A DNA stretch of 64,000 nt from an uncultured virus (IMG/VR IMGVR_UViG_3300042314_001037). Its lineage: Duplodnaviria; Heunggongvirae; Uroviricota; Caudoviricetes. The notes under the pieces were generated by a model that was not told the DNA's origin, ran no database searches, and was given only the letters and a program-made list of their open reading frames with translations. Positions 27,706 to 37,989 of the stretch are shown here, piece by piece (the stretch's first letter is position 1; every line of letters starts with the position of its first letter). The position numbers were made by a program, and so were the translations under genes. The stretch lies in the IMG/VR virus record IMGVR_UViG_3300042314_001037. One strand, written 5' to 3'.

Positions 27706-29748
27706 TTACTTCTCGTGAGCAACAAACTCGCCGTTCCAGTTGTCGCCTAGATCTTGCAGTTTCATAAAGTCGCAACGCTCGATCCAGATTTTGTAGTACT
27801 TGTCCATTTGTCCACCAAAGTTGCCCTTTAGCTTTGCACACATAGCGGCAGCTTCGTCAAACTTTTTCTGTCGGTACAAGTCATGCATCACTTCGTGTGC
27901 TATCTTATCTCTAGTGTAGTCTGCACCCTTAGTACGTAATACTGTATAGATCAAGTCTGCCACAGTTTTTCCTTTAGGCTGTAAGTTATCTATCATTAGA
28001 TAAAAGAAGTCGTCTTTGGTACGATTGTATGTTTCAGCACCAATAATACATAGTACACCATAGGCCTTACAACGTGCTTCTAGTCGTGCCGCGGTTGACA
28101 CCATATCACCTAAGATGTCATAACCGTGTCTGTCAGTTGATCCCATCTCGCCAATAAAGCCAATACCAGTATTGCAACCCCAACCCATTGCGGCAGGTGG
28201 TAATCCTTGTGCTTCCATCAGTTTTGTGTATTCGTCAACAGCATCCAGCATCTCTAGGCCAACAGCAACAATAGTTCTAGCATGATTGGTGTCTTCGATA
28301 GGAGCACCATGTATGTGCATACTCGCATCACCTACATACTTTAATATCATGCCGTTGTTGTTCATGATAGGACGACTGATAGCATCCATGTAGCCGTTCA
28401 TATACTTGCCTAGTCCGCCTACATCATCACCATAGTGTTCACCAATAGGAGTAAAGCCACGCAGGTCACTGAACATAACTGATACATCTTTGCGTACACC
28501 ACGCTTGATTAAGTCTGGATCTTTTTGTAGTAGCTCTACAACTTCTTTAGAGCAATAACCCGCAAACTGTTTCTTTATGGCCTGCTTCTGTAAGAACTCG
28601 CTTACAAATTTAACGCCATAAGTATGAAGAGCAACGATAACAAGCCCAAACGTGATTGCAGTCGCATCTGATAGGATGAGCCAATTACTGAAAGCGTACA
28701 TAGTACCAGGAACGACGGCACCAACAATAACCACAGCAGAACCAATTCCAACATAAGTCCACCTCGATAAGAAAATTAACAATATGCCGAATACTAGTAA
28801 TGCTAGGATTTCAACTCCGTCGGCATAGTCGGGACGTTGAATTACCACTCCGTTGATCATAGTTGCCATTGCTGCCGCTTGTACATCCTGCGGCCACACT
28901 GCACCTTTAGCTGTAGGCAAAGGATTAGCAATGCCTGCGGCTGTTGGACCTACTATAACTATAGCACCATTAAAGTTTTTGGGCAAGTCCAAAAGACTCG
29001 CCTGTTGGTTTTCTTGACTCCAATCGATCCATACACGACCTAACGCATCTGTTGTAATAGGACCAAACTTGGGTATGCGCATTTTCTCAACACCATTTTC
29101 ATTGAGCTTGACTTGGAAGGTTGAATCACCAGCTGCGACTCTAAGTGCTTCCATAGACATACTGGGATATAATTTACCATCAACGGATACAACTAGGGGC
29201 AGTCGTCGATTAACACCGTCTACTTCTGGCAGTGTACTAACGATACCAATGCCTGCTGCTGCATTTTCTAACTGAGGTACATTGGCAATAAGTCCCGGGT
29301 ATTGTACAATTTGATCCTGCCACTCTGGACCTAGTACAGCACTACCTGGATTGCGAGGAGAGTTCTTAGTTTTTTGTGATGGTACGCTGCCCATTACAAC
29401 TGGATATTGTTTTAGGGCCGTTGCGAGAACAGCATCGCCACCAGTGCGATCAGGCTCAGCCATGATAACATTGAGCACAACAAGGCCAGCACCACGATCA
29501 TAAAGATCTTTAATAATTTTTGCATACTCTGCCCTTGGTAAAGGCCACTGGCCATATTTGTCCAATGCTGCTTCATCTATGTTTACCGTATAGATGTTAT
29601 TGGCAGTTGGAGTTTTATTAGTAATCAGTGTGTCAAAGTAGCGTAGTCTTACACTTTCTACAAAGACAGGATCGGCGATTCTTATACTTACAATAAGTGC
29701 CAATGTTAATAGGGCAGTCCAAGGACTAGTTAGGATTTTTTTCAGCAT
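27706..29748 (-). CDS. CHASE2-domain class III adenylate/guanylate cyclase
   Basis: VNIDEAALDKYGQWPLPR CHASE2 motif, three TM helices, VMFSDLRGFT, KYVGDA, YDILGDMVSTAARLE. Confidence 0.92.
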   Translation of the reverse strand: MLKKILTSPWTALLTLALIVSIRIADPVFVESVRLRYFDTLITNKTPTANNIYTVNIDEAALDKYGQWPLPRAEYAKIIKDLYDRGAGLVVLNVIMAEPDRTGGDAVLATALKQYPVVMGSVPSQKTKNSPRNPGSAVLGPEWQDQIVQYPGLIANVPQLENAAAGIGIVSTLPEVDGVNRRLPLVVSVDGKLYPSMSMEALRVAAGDSTFQVKLNENGVEKMRIPKFGPITTDALGRVWIDWSQENQQASLLDLPKNFNGAIVIVGPTAAGIANPLPTAKGAVWPQDVQAAAMATMINGVVIQRPDYADGVEILALLVFGILLIFLSRWTYVGIGSAVVIVGAVVPGTMYAFSNWLILSDATAITFGLVIVALHTYGVKFVSEFLQKQAIKKQFAGYCSKEVVELLQKDPDLIKRGVRKDVSVMFSDLRGFTPIGEHYGDDVGGLGKYMNGYMDAISRPIMNNNGMILKYVGDASMHIHGAPIEDTNHARTIVAVGLEMLDAVDEYTKLMEAQGLPPAAMGWGCNTGIGFIGEMGSTDRHGYDILGDMVSTAARLEARCKAYGVLCIIGAETYNRTKDDFFYLMIDNLQPKGKTVADLIYTVLRTKGADYTRDKIAHEVMHDLYRQKKFDEAAAMCAKLKGNFGGQMDKYYKIWIERCDFMKLQDLGDNWNGEFVAHEK

Positions 29749-29765
29749 GAAATATTTATGCTGTT

Positions 29766-31421
29766 TTATTGTCCCTGTGTCACAGTAATTTTAGCACAAC
29801 CGCCTACAGTGGTGCAGTTGTGAGTGATTGAATAGTAGTTTTGAGTACTGCCACTTTGTGTTAGACTTAGATCAGTAGGTGTACCGCTTAGATTAACTTT
29901 GGCCATATGACTGGCGCTGCCTTGTTGCAGTACGTCGACATTCTTATTACCGCCACTTAGTGTGATTTCAGCATAGTGACTGCCGCCGTCTTTTTGTTGT
30001 ACCAGCAAACTATTGTTATTGCCGCTGACATCAGCAAATATTCCTTTAGTACCACCAGTACTGGTCTGTTGTAGATCTACTAAGTTAAAATTACCCACAA
30101 CTCTCAAGTCAACATAATTTGCCTGTGTTGTAGCATTTCCTGTTTGTGCGATATTAATATCATTGCTTAGACCATTGCCGTAATATTCGACATAATTATT
30201 TTTAGTCCCGCTTTGATTTACTTCAACTACGTTTTGTGTGCCGATCTGTTCTATGTGTACTTGGCTATCGGCAGTTGTTCTATTAACGAATGTTAAAACT
30301 TTAGCCGTGTTTGTTGTGTTAGCATTAAATGCGGCTGCTGATCCACCGCAACATAACGTATTTGCGGCGGCGGTTGTTGGATCAACAATAGTATTGCTAG
30401 TTGCTGTACTTGTGGTTGTACTATTAGCATCATAGAAATAGGTAATCTCTGCAATTTGTACGCTATTACCAGCATTGTTTTTAATAGAAGGGAATATCAT
30501 AAAATAATAAACATAGGCCGTAGAGTTAGTTACTGCGATATCGCTACTAACACTAAATCTATTATCGGACAAAGATAGTGCGCCTTGTTGAATTAATGTC
30601 CATGTTGATCCGTCATTTGATCCGTAGAGTTTATAACTTGTTGGATCTCGCTCTACAGCATCATTAGCTGTAGTTAATTTAAAACTAGTAACAACTCGCC
30701 CAGCATTTAATTGGATAGTAACTCCAGCATTTTGTTTATCGAAGTTTAAGTACTTGGTATAGGGATTGTTATCAAACGCATTAGTAGGACCTTCATTGCT
30801 TGGACTATTATTGCTAGTTGGTATTGCTCTGGTAACATACACACCAGAACTGTTATTGTAAATTGCGGTAGGCGCAGGTGGCGGCGGCGCCGCATTACTA
30901 GGAGTAGATGTAGCAGTCTGCCCTGAACTTAACGGTACTGTAGAATACGTGGCGTTAGCGTATGTATCGGCCTGTTGTATAGTCGGATTAAGTGCGCCAG
31001 TCCACGATACTCCGCTGGTAGTTGACATACCCGAGCTGCCACTGAATAGCTGTCCTGTATTGTTGTCATTGCCTACAAAGAAGAAATAATCTGGACCCAT
31101 GTTGACAATTTTACCTGTGCCTATAGTACCAGCTAGTGTGCCGTTGCTGTTGTAAACTTTGCCTTCGTAGGGATAGCTGGCATTCCCTGTCAACCCAAAT
31201 TGTACATACTGTCCTGACTGCCAACTCCAAGTTCCATTGAACCATGGTATTTTGTACATAGTACCAGGTTGCTTACTGTAAATTTGGCAGGTTGTTGTAT
31301 TCAAACAGGCACTGACATTCCATTGGCTGTCTGCAATTTGGTATCGTCCAAACTTTATATCTGTTAGGGCGCCAAATGCGTTAGAGCAGAATAATAACAA
31401 TAAAAAAATTATTCGTTTCAT
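29766..31421 (-). CDS. secreted protein with discoidin/F5-8-like domain and C-terminal curlin-like repeats
   Basis: Signal peptide; NAFDNNPYTKY...TTANDAVERDPTSYKLYGSNDG...VQIAEI; repeated Q-x-G-x-x-N units. Confidence 0.7.
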   Translation of the reverse strand: MKRIIFLLLLFCSNAFGALTDIKFGRYQIADSQWNVSACLNTTTCQIYSKQPGTMYKIPWFNGTWSWQSGQYVQFGLTGNASYPYEGKVYNSNGTLAGTIGTGKIVNMGPDYFFFVGNDNNTGQLFSGSSGMSTTSGVSWTGALNPTIQQADTYANATYSTVPLSSGQTATSTPSNAAPPPPAPTAIYNNSSGVYVTRAIPTSNNSPSNEGPTNAFDNNPYTKYLNFDKQNAGVTIQLNAGRVVTSFKLTTANDAVERDPTSYKLYGSNDGSTWTLIQQGALSLSDNRFSVSSDIAVTNSTAYVYYFMIFPSIKNNAGNSVQIAEITYFYDANSTTTSTATSNTIVDPTTAAANTLCCGGSAAAFNANTTNTAKVLTFVNRTTADSQVHIEQIGTQNVVEVNQSGTKNNYVEYYGNGLSNDINIAQTGNATTQANYVDLRVVGNFNLVDLQQTSTGGTKGIFADVSGNNNSLLVQQKDGGSHYAEITLSGGNKNVDVLQQGSASHMAKVNLSGTPTDLSLTQSGSTQNYYSITHNCTTVGGCAKITVTQGQ

Positions 31422-32512
31422 GGACGTCTTAACACTCCAGTCTTTTGTACAATGTTTACTACATTACCGCCTGGATCTCCGCTACCAACAAACGTAAACG
31501 CATATTGATCATTGTGGCTTATAGACACAAATGTGTTTGAATCATAGCCTGTGGTTTTAACTTCAGCATAATGATCTGTATTACTTCTATAGGCTGTACC
31601 TTTGCCTTTACTTTGTATATCAGGAGAGTCGTTCTTTTCCCATGCCACGCAAACAGTAGTACTTGGATTACATCCTTTCTTACCATCAGAAAATGTATCT
31701 GGCAATAGTACAGGGTCGCTTTTTTCGTTGGCTTTTTCAACACGCATAGCTATTTGTCGTTGGGCGTCTGCCTCGAGTTCTTCTAATTCAGTATCACGTT
31801 TTGATCTGCCGGCATCTTTAATTGCCTGCAAGACTTCTTGAGGCTTAACAATGATTAAGTTATTACCTATCTTGCCTTCAACGGTATTGACAATAACTGG
31901 GGAAGTTGGCATCATTGAAGCACTGGTGACATAGGTAGCTTCGAATGCCTTGTCTAAGGTCACTGATCCAATGCCTGTAGTCACTGTGATACTGCCAACC
32001 TTACATCGTTGTTCATCTAGTTCAAATTGTTTAACGTCTTTTTCGTCTTTACAACTAGGAACCAGCATGATAAGACTTTGCCCAGTTTCATCCACAGTCA
32101 TAGTGAAATCAGTGCCACGCACTGCTACTGTAGCTGTTGGAGTTTTGATGTTTACCTGTTGCGGATTATTTTTAGCAATTTGTCCGCTAGCGTATCGGAC
32201 AGTGCCCATACCAACTTTGAGCGCGAGCTTGCCTGCATCTGATTTCTTAGGATCGAAAACAAAATCGTCGATAAGCAATCTGCTGTTTTCTGTAACTTTG
32301 ACTTTGGTATCATCTTTGAATGTTATATTACTTACACAAGCACCGGTTGTATAAGTGTCCATGCTTTCAATTTCAGCACCCTTAACTCCTGACATCTTTT
32401 TCTTATTGCGTTCAACTTCACAGGCTGTGCCTTTGTTTTCTGAAACCGTGCCAATGCCAGCCCAAGAAGGGCTGGCCACTGTTAGCAGTAGGGCTAACAA
32501 CAAGACACGCAT
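31418..32512 (-). CDS. FecR-domain periplasmic protein
   Basis: Signal peptide; ITFKDDTKVKVTENSRLLID...IKTPTATVAVRGTDF. Confidence 0.85.
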   Translation of the reverse strand: MRVLLLALLLTVASPSWAGIGTVSENKGTACEVERNKKKMSGVKGAEIESMDTYTTGACVSNITFKDDTKVKVTENSRLLIDDFVFDPKKSDAGKLALKVGMGTVRYASGQIAKNNPQQVNIKTPTATVAVRGTDFTMTVDETGQSLIMLVPSCKDEKDVKQFELDEQRCKVGSITVTTGIGSVTLDKAFEATYVTSASMMPTSPVIVNTVEGKIGNNLIIVKPQEVLQAIKDAGRSKRDTELEELEADAQRQIAMRVEKANEKSDPVLLPDTFSDGKKGCNPSTTVCVAWEKNDSPDIQSKGKGTAYRSNTDHYAEVKTTGYDSNTFVSISHNDQYAFTFVGSGDPGGNVVNIVQKTGVLRRP

Positions 32513-32514
32513 AA

Positions 32515-33330
32515 TTATCTCGCAATCGCTGTGGCTGGAGATACAATAGCTGAACTACTTGTACGAACTGTGATAGTGTTGTTGCTACCCTGTGTTTGTA
32601 TATTAACTGTGGTATCGTTGGTGCCTTGTTGCTGTGTGGTGATGCTGTTGTAGTCGCCTGTGGTCATCATAGCAAGAACATGTCCGTTAGCACCCGCTGC
32701 ATCTAATTGCTGGATGTTGAACACGTTAGCGTTTCCATTAGCTACATTTGATACACTACCTCTGCTGCTTAACAAACTACTAGTAACTTGGTTATTATCT
32801 CCATCCAAAACTGTGTTAGTAGTAATATTGCTACCAACTAGATCTTGTAGAATCATATTGTTATTACCGATAATTTGTTCTGTAATAACGTTTTGGCTGT
32901 TTGTAGCGTTGTTGGTATTGCCAATAGTTAATCTAGTTTGATTACCATTGCCTAACATATTAGTAGTGTAGCTGTTATTACTTCCACGAATATTGTATTG
33001 GCTACTGTTAGCATTTCCTGTTTGTGTAATGTCAACTATGTTTGTGCTTCCGGTAATAGTTCCATAGTTAGTAGCACTCGGTGCGTCTGGAGTCAGTGTA
33101 GTAATACCTGTTCCTGCTACTGTCGTTGCTACAGTTGTAGTAACGCCGCCAACATTGTTAGTCCCGCCAACTTGTTCAATTGTGATAGTATTGCTACTAC
33201 CCACTTGTTCGATATAAACCTTGTTAGGACCTGTTGCTGTCTGAGCACCACTTATGGTGGCAAAGCTCATCAGCATCACTGTGAGTAATTTTCTCGACAA
33301 CCCACAACCGCCTGTCATTGTTTGTTTCAT
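32515..33330 (-). CDS. curlin-like (CsgA/CsgB-type) repeat protein
   Basis: Signal peptide followed by repeated IEQVGSSN/ITQTGNAN/TQQQGTND/IQTQGSNN units. Confidence 0.7.
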   Translation of the reverse strand: MKQTMTGGCGLSRKLLTVMLMSFATISGAQTATGPNKVYIEQVGSSNTITIEQVGGTNNVGGVTTTVATTVAGTGITTLTPDAPSATNYGTITGSTNIVDITQTGNANSSQYNIRGSNNSYTTNMLGNGNQTRLTIGNTNNATNSQNVITEQIIGNNNMILQDLVGSNITTNTVLDGDNNQVTSSLLSSRGSVSNVANGNANVFNIQQLDAAGANGHVLAMMTTGDYNSITTQQQGTNDTTVNIQTQGSNNTITVRTSSSAIVSPATAIAR

Positions 33331-33473
33331 TTTTTTAAAATGTCAGTTTATTGTTTGCTGACAAGTTCCTGGTCATTGACCTATAATTATACCACTTCTC
33401 TAATCTACTCCTCTCCGTAGACTTACTTCTTGTAATTTTATTTAATCTCTGTACTCTAGAAATTAAATGCCGC

Positions 33474-33521
33474 TGTTAAAATTTCAACATGTTAAAATTT
33501 CAACATGTTAAAATTCCAACA
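33474..33521. repeat. 3 x 16-bp near-palindromic tandem repeat
   Basis: TGTTAAAATTTCAACA twice, then TGTTAAAATTCCAACA. Confidence 0.9.
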
Positions 33522-33524
33522 CCA

Positions 33525-34760
33525 TTAAGGTTTGTTAACCAGTACATCCTTATTAACAAATCCTTTTCGTTTTTGTGAGTCACTGACTGCTACCCAATCA
33601 CCCTCTTGTCCTATAATTGTAACTAAAGCACCTTTCTTAAACTGCCAAGTTTTTTGACTTGTTAGGTCGGGCTCTTTATAAATGTAAGAAGCTTCCTTTA
33701 AAATCATCTCACCTGAAAGTTTTTCAACCGGTACAACTTCTTTCTTTATTTCTGCGGGGGCACTGGATACGGCTTCGGTTTTGGTTTCGGGTTTGGCTTG
33801 TGATTGAACCACGACATCTTTCTTCTCCTCTACTACTGGTACTGATATTACTACTGGTGCAGGTATTACTACTGGTGCAGGTATTACTACTGGTGCAGGT
33901 ATCGCCGGAATAACGGCAACCGGAGAACTTACTTTATTGCTTTTAAATGCCCAGTGTCCTTTACGAGCACCTTCATTAATAGTTTGAATCACTGCTGCCT
34001 GTACAGCTACGTCGATTGCCTTGTTGATACTTTCATTTATGCTGCCGCCGATCTCACCCTCTAATGCATTTGCATTTGCACCTAAAGTTGTGCCATCTCC
34101 AACAAATCGCAATAATGTCACTTTGTCCATATAACTTAACACTGTTTTAGTTACTGTCACAGTTGTTAAAATTTCGCCTGTAGACACGCTCACTGTTCTT
34201 AAGGTAACTGTCACAGTGTCTGATTGGTATTGTGTGCTTGCCCCAATACCAAACAGTCTTACTCCACTACCGCCTGTTAGTGTATTGCTATCGTAGCCAA
34301 CAATGCCACCTTCCATGATGATCCCGGCAAACATCATTGGGGGCAACATCTTGGCATCACGGCCTTGGTATTGCTCACGCATTTGACGAATCATTTGACG
34401 TTCTTTGATCAAGTTCTCTAGGCCAACACGTTCTAGTACTGTGAACCAGCGTTGATCACCTACATCCTGTAGGGCCTTGATTAGATAGTTTTCAGCACCT
34501 TGTGTAACAGCTGAACTTAATGACGCAATCAGTGGCTGGCTTTTACGTTGCCCTGTTAGATCTCTAAATCCATACACTGCCACTGTTAACGGTCCGCCTT
34601 CTGGTGGTTGTAATTTATTAGAGTCTTTCTTTAGAAATTTACTAGACTCGACTTTCGGTTCGTCAAACTGGTTTCCAGTTATTTTTTCTTTGATAGCCGA
34701 ACTTGATGCGCACCCACTCAATACTGCTACAACGGCCAGGGATAATAGTGTTTGTTTCAT
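33525..34760 (-). CDS. csgG: curli secretion lipoprotein CsgG with Pro-rich linker and SH3-like C-terminus
   Basis: Lipobox LSGC; VAVYGFRDLTGQRK, SAVTQGA, WFTVLERVGLENLIKERQMIR, EGGIVGYDSN. Confidence 0.9.
   Translation of the reverse strand: MKQTLLSLAVVAVLSGCASSSAIKEKITGNQFDEPKVESSKFLKKDSNKLQPPEGGPLTVAVYGFRDLTGQRKSQPLIASLSSAVTQGAENYLIKALQDVGDQRWFTVLERVGLENLIKERQMIRQMREQYQGRDAKMLPPMMFAGIIMEGGIVGYDSNTLTGGSGVRLFGIGASTQYQSDTVTVTLRTVSVSTGEILTTVTVTKTVLSYMDKVTLLRFVGDGTTLGANANALEGEIGGSINESINKAIDVAVQAAVIQTINEGARKGHWAFKSNKVSSPVAVIPAIPAPVVIPAPVVIPAPVVISVPVVEEKKDVVVQSQAKPETKTEAVSSAPAEIKKEVVPVEKLSGEMILKEASYIYKEPDLTSQKTWQFKKGALVTIIGQEGDWVAVSDSQKRKGFVNKDVLVNKP
33849..33902 (-). repeat. 3 x 18-bp in-frame repeat (PAPVVI) in the CsgG linker
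   Basis: ttactactggtgcaggta three times. Confidence 0.85.
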
Positions 34761-34763
34761 GTA

Positions 34764-35246
34764 TTATCCTCCAAATCCAAATGTGCCACTTGGCACCTTC
34801 ATTTCTGTAAATTGTCTTGGATCTAATACATTTTCAATTCTAACAATAATAAATGTACCTTCTACTTTCCAGGTGATGTTATTACCGGCAACTTCCATTT
34901 GTCCGCAATTACCTGCACTGTTAGCAGTACACACTGGAACACCGTTAACACCAAACAAACTATCTGTAATCTGCTTGGCCAACTGTGAATAGATACGACT
35001 TTCTAAGTTTGCTTGAAACTTAGCCTGCGGAGTGTTTAATGCATCACTCTCTGCCTTTGCTTTAAGAGCATCAGCTGCTGCTTTATTTTTGTCTCTGGCC
35101 TGTGTCTCTAATTGATAGAGTGTTAGAACGTGAGAACTATATCCAATCCCTGAAAAGGATGGACTATTAAAATTGTGTTGTAATTCTGCACCATTGACTA
35201 CTGATGCTGTAGCCATTAATATGGTGGCTATTATAAACTTAACCAT
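34764..35246 (-). CDS. csgF: curli assembly protein CsgF
   Basis: Signal peptide; ELQHNFNSPSFSG, FQANLESRIYSQLAKQI; adjacent to csgG. Confidence 0.8.
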   Translation of the reverse strand: MVKFIIATILMATASVVNGAELQHNFNSPSFSGIGYSSHVLTLYQLETQARDKNKAAADALKAKAESDALNTPQAKFQANLESRIYSQLAKQITDSLFGVNGVPVCTANSAGNCGQMEVAGNNITWKVEGTFIIVRIENVLDPRQFTEMKVPSGTFGFGG

Positions 35247-35317
35247 CGATTCGCTCCCGGTTATACTTGTTATGTATATTTAGAGCAAAAACCGATTATA
35301 TTAAAATACTAGTTTAC

Positions 35318-36742
35318 TTAGGGGATTTTAAAACTAATTTTGCCAACTGGTCTACGAGTAGACATGTAGTTGTTGCCAGCGACCACTTTGATAATGCCGT
35401 CGAACACTGGCGGATAAATGACCTGGAAAGAGTTAAAGAATGCGCCACCACTACCTTTGGCAATTCTAGATTTTACCTGGATCATTGTTGATCTCTCAAG
35501 TACGGCTTTAAAGAAATCGCTCATACCTGGCATCTTGTTCAAATGATCTGCTACTAGTTCAGCGATACCTGCCAATGCGTGATATCCCATATCATATGCA
35601 GGGTCTTCAAACTTTGCACCTTTTCTTTTAAATGCCGACTGTACTCCGGGAGTAGTTGCCCACGGTAGTTGCGGATTATATTTAATTGCCTGGCCTAAAT
35701 TCTGTTGGACATTGGCCGCATCAGTACTGTCAATAAAGCCAAATTTTACTGCTAATTCTAATGGACCTGTAATTGCAGAGTTAGATGCAATTACGTTAAT
35801 AATTTTTAAAATCTCTTGATAGTTGGGCTTGTCTGTGACTTCTGAAAAACGTTCTGGATTTTCTTGAATATCTTTTAATAGCCCTGTGACTGCGGCAGCA
35901 GCACCACCTTTTTTATCTTTGCTACTTACTTTTAAAGAAGTAGTTTTGTTCAGTCTTAGATAACTGTCGTATAATAAATTTGATCCACCGCCTGGAAACA
36001 GTACAGATTTAATACCGTTCCAAGTTAGCCCAATAGGAGTTAATAATGCTGCTTCAGCTTCTCTATAACTACCGGTGACAAAATTACCGGTGACTAGTGC
36101 AATTGGTGCTGCACTTTCACCAAGATCAACTTCATAGGTTGTCATATATTGATCAGCACCCGGAACTGGAGTTGTTGAGTTGGTTAGTACATTTGTCAAC
36201 AGTTGACTAATCTGTTGATTAATCTCTGGAGATAGATCTTCTTTTTGTTTAATCTGCTTAGGCAGTGTTGCAACAGGAATATCAATGTCTGTAGCAAACA
36301 ACTTGTTGGGTTTAATATCAAACTGCGCACGTTCTGCAATTTTATTATCAGTTTGTGTGTAGCCAGTATCTCTTCCAAAATCTGCATTTGTCCATGCAAT
36401 TGGAAATGCTCCGGCTTTTTTTGTATTAGTAAATTTAACGAACGCAATTGATTTCTTGTTTTCGTCTTCCCATAGGGTAATTAATGCTGCTCCGGATTTT
36501 CCCTGCACTTTACTGTAATAATATACTGTGGGATTGCCCAGTGCTGCAAGAGCATCTTTTAAACCTTGTTCGAGATCAGTTTGAACTTCATATCTCAATT
36601 CAGTTTCAGGAATAACTGTTGTGCTAACTAGGTTAATTTTTTTACCATCTTTAGCAAACGTGATAGTTTTGCCCTGACTAACCTCTTGGGCACGACGGAT
36701 AATCCCGCCTTCTGATTCTGTAATTATTTCAAATGCTCTCAT
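35318..36742 (-). CDS. hypothetical phage protein
   Basis: 474-aa ORF preceded by a TAAATA motif. Confidence 0.7.
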   Translation of the reverse strand: MRAFEIITESEGGIIRRAQEVSQGKTITFAKDGKKINLVSTTVIPETELRYEVQTDLEQGLKDALAALGNPTVYYYSKVQGKSGAALITLWEDENKKSIAFVKFTNTKKAGAFPIAWTNADFGRDTGYTQTDNKIAERAQFDIKPNKLFATDIDIPVATLPKQIKQKEDLSPEINQQISQLLTNVLTNSTTPVPGADQYMTTYEVDLGESAAPIALVTGNFVTGSYREAEAALLTPIGLTWNGIKSVLFPGGGSNLLYDSYLRLNKTTSLKVSSKDKKGGAAAAVTGLLKDIQENPERFSEVTDKPNYQEILKIINVIASNSAITGPLELAVKFGFIDSTDAANVQQNLGQAIKYNPQLPWATTPGVQSAFKRKGAKFEDPAYDMGYHALAGIAELVADHLNKMPGMSDFFKAVLERSTMIQVKSRIAKGSGGAFFNSFQVIYPPVFDGIIKVVAGNNYMSTRRPVGKISFKIP

Positions 36743-36751
36743 AGCTAATAT

Positions 36752-37444
36752 TTAGCTGATTTCAGGGAACAGGCATTCTTGAATAAAATGTTTAACGTCC
36801 TCTTCTGAAAGCCCTAAACTAACCATTACACGTGGTGTATGCGGGTTCTGCTTTTGATTTTCGCAGTAGTAGTTCTGTGCCTCTGTAGTATCGTTAGCTG
36901 TATTATTGGTTTCTGCTACCGTGCTCAAATAGTGCTGTATGCCCTCTTTTGCCATGGCAATAATCTGTGCTAGTTCTTCTTCATCGCTAACGTTCCCAGC
37001 AGCTACCATACTAGGGCTAAAGATACGTTCTGCCCAATCTGGCAGTTTGCGAGTTTTATTCCACTCTAGCTTTTGTGCTTCTTCTGCAAACCAATCCATC
37101 ATAGCATGTTCTTTATCGCCGGCAGCTGAGTAATCATAGAAACACCCGGTGATCTTGTTCTTGCCTGCAATTACATCGAATCCAAAGATCGGTGCAGGAT
37201 TATGTGTATGCGGGAAGATGCAACAGTGCATCATCCAGAGTCCTTTGGTTTCTCTAGCATCCACAACATCAACGTGAGCCCTACGATAACTGCTACTGGT
37301 CCAAACACGATTAACCCAACCAGGGCTGTTGAAGCGATCCATACCCGTTTCATATACTTCCTTTCCGGTTTTGTTGAACTGTTCAATAAACAGCTCTTGC
37401 ACTTCAATGAGTGTTTGCCAGACTTTACTTGTTGATGTTTGCAA
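36752..37444 (-). CDS. ferredoxin-dependent bilin reductase (PcyA/PcyX-like)
   Basis: RRAHVDVVD...MMHCCIFP...PIFGFDVIAG, LPDWAERIFS, QNYYCENQKQNPHT. Confidence 0.85.
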   Translation of the reverse strand: MQTSTSKVWQTLIEVQELFIEQFNKTGKEVYETGMDRFNSPGWVNRVWTSSSYRRAHVDVVDARETKGLWMMHCCIFPHTHNPAPIFGFDVIAGKNKITGCFYDYSAAGDKEHAMMDWFAEEAQKLEWNKTRKLPDWAERIFSPSMVAAGNVSDEEELAQIIAMAKEGIQHYLSTVAETNNTANDTTEAQNYYCENQKQNPHTPRVMVSLGLSEEDVKHFIQECLFPEIS

Positions 37445-37976
37445 TTTCCATCATCTCTTTAAAAAATTGTGTAGCAAAATCAAAACAGACTTTTGCTTCG
37501 TCGGCCATGCTGTCGTCGATTTTTAAACGAACTGCTGCTTTTAGACTATCGGCATCTTCAAATTGATAGTACTTGCCAGCCCCGGGCACCTTTTTGGCAA
37601 TCATTTGTCCGCCAGCTAGATCGCCCATGTGTCGTACATAAAGGTGTGCCATTAGCAATTTAGGATCATCTTTAATTTTCATAATATGATCCATATACTC
37701 TTTTACCACTGCACACATTTTGGGTCTATCTTCTTCGTCTGATCCCCATAATTCCTCAAAGTCAGCTCTAATGGCCTTGGCCCGTAAGATTCCTGGCATG
37801 TCAGACAGCAGTCCATGCGGCATGGCACATACTTCTAACAGCTCATACATAGGAAATTGATTGTAGAGATATGTAGCGTACAGTTTGGGATCTATGGTTC
37901 CTGAAAACAGTATTTTTACAAACTCCTGTCTTTCTGCATTGGTGTGATTGTCTTTGGTTAATTCTCTTAGGCTCAT
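37425..37976 (-). CDS. heme oxygenase
   Basis: LRELTKDNHTNAE (proximal His), AHLYVRHMGDLAGGQMI, EAKVCFDF. Confidence 0.9.
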   Translation of the reverse strand: MSLRELTKDNHTNAERQEFVKILFSGTIDPKLYATYLYNQFPMYELLEVCAMPHGLLSDMPGILRAKAIRADFEELWGSDEEDRPKMCAVVKEYMDHIMKIKDDPKLLMAHLYVRHMGDLAGGQMIAKKVPGAGKYYQFEDADSLKAAVRLKIDDSMADEAKVCFDFATQFFKEMMEIANINK

Positions 37977-37989
37977 TATGACTCCGTAA

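Noticed and set aside
33474..33521. CRISPR array
   Set aside because: The repeats abut with no spacers and are only 16 bp; no cas genes are seen.
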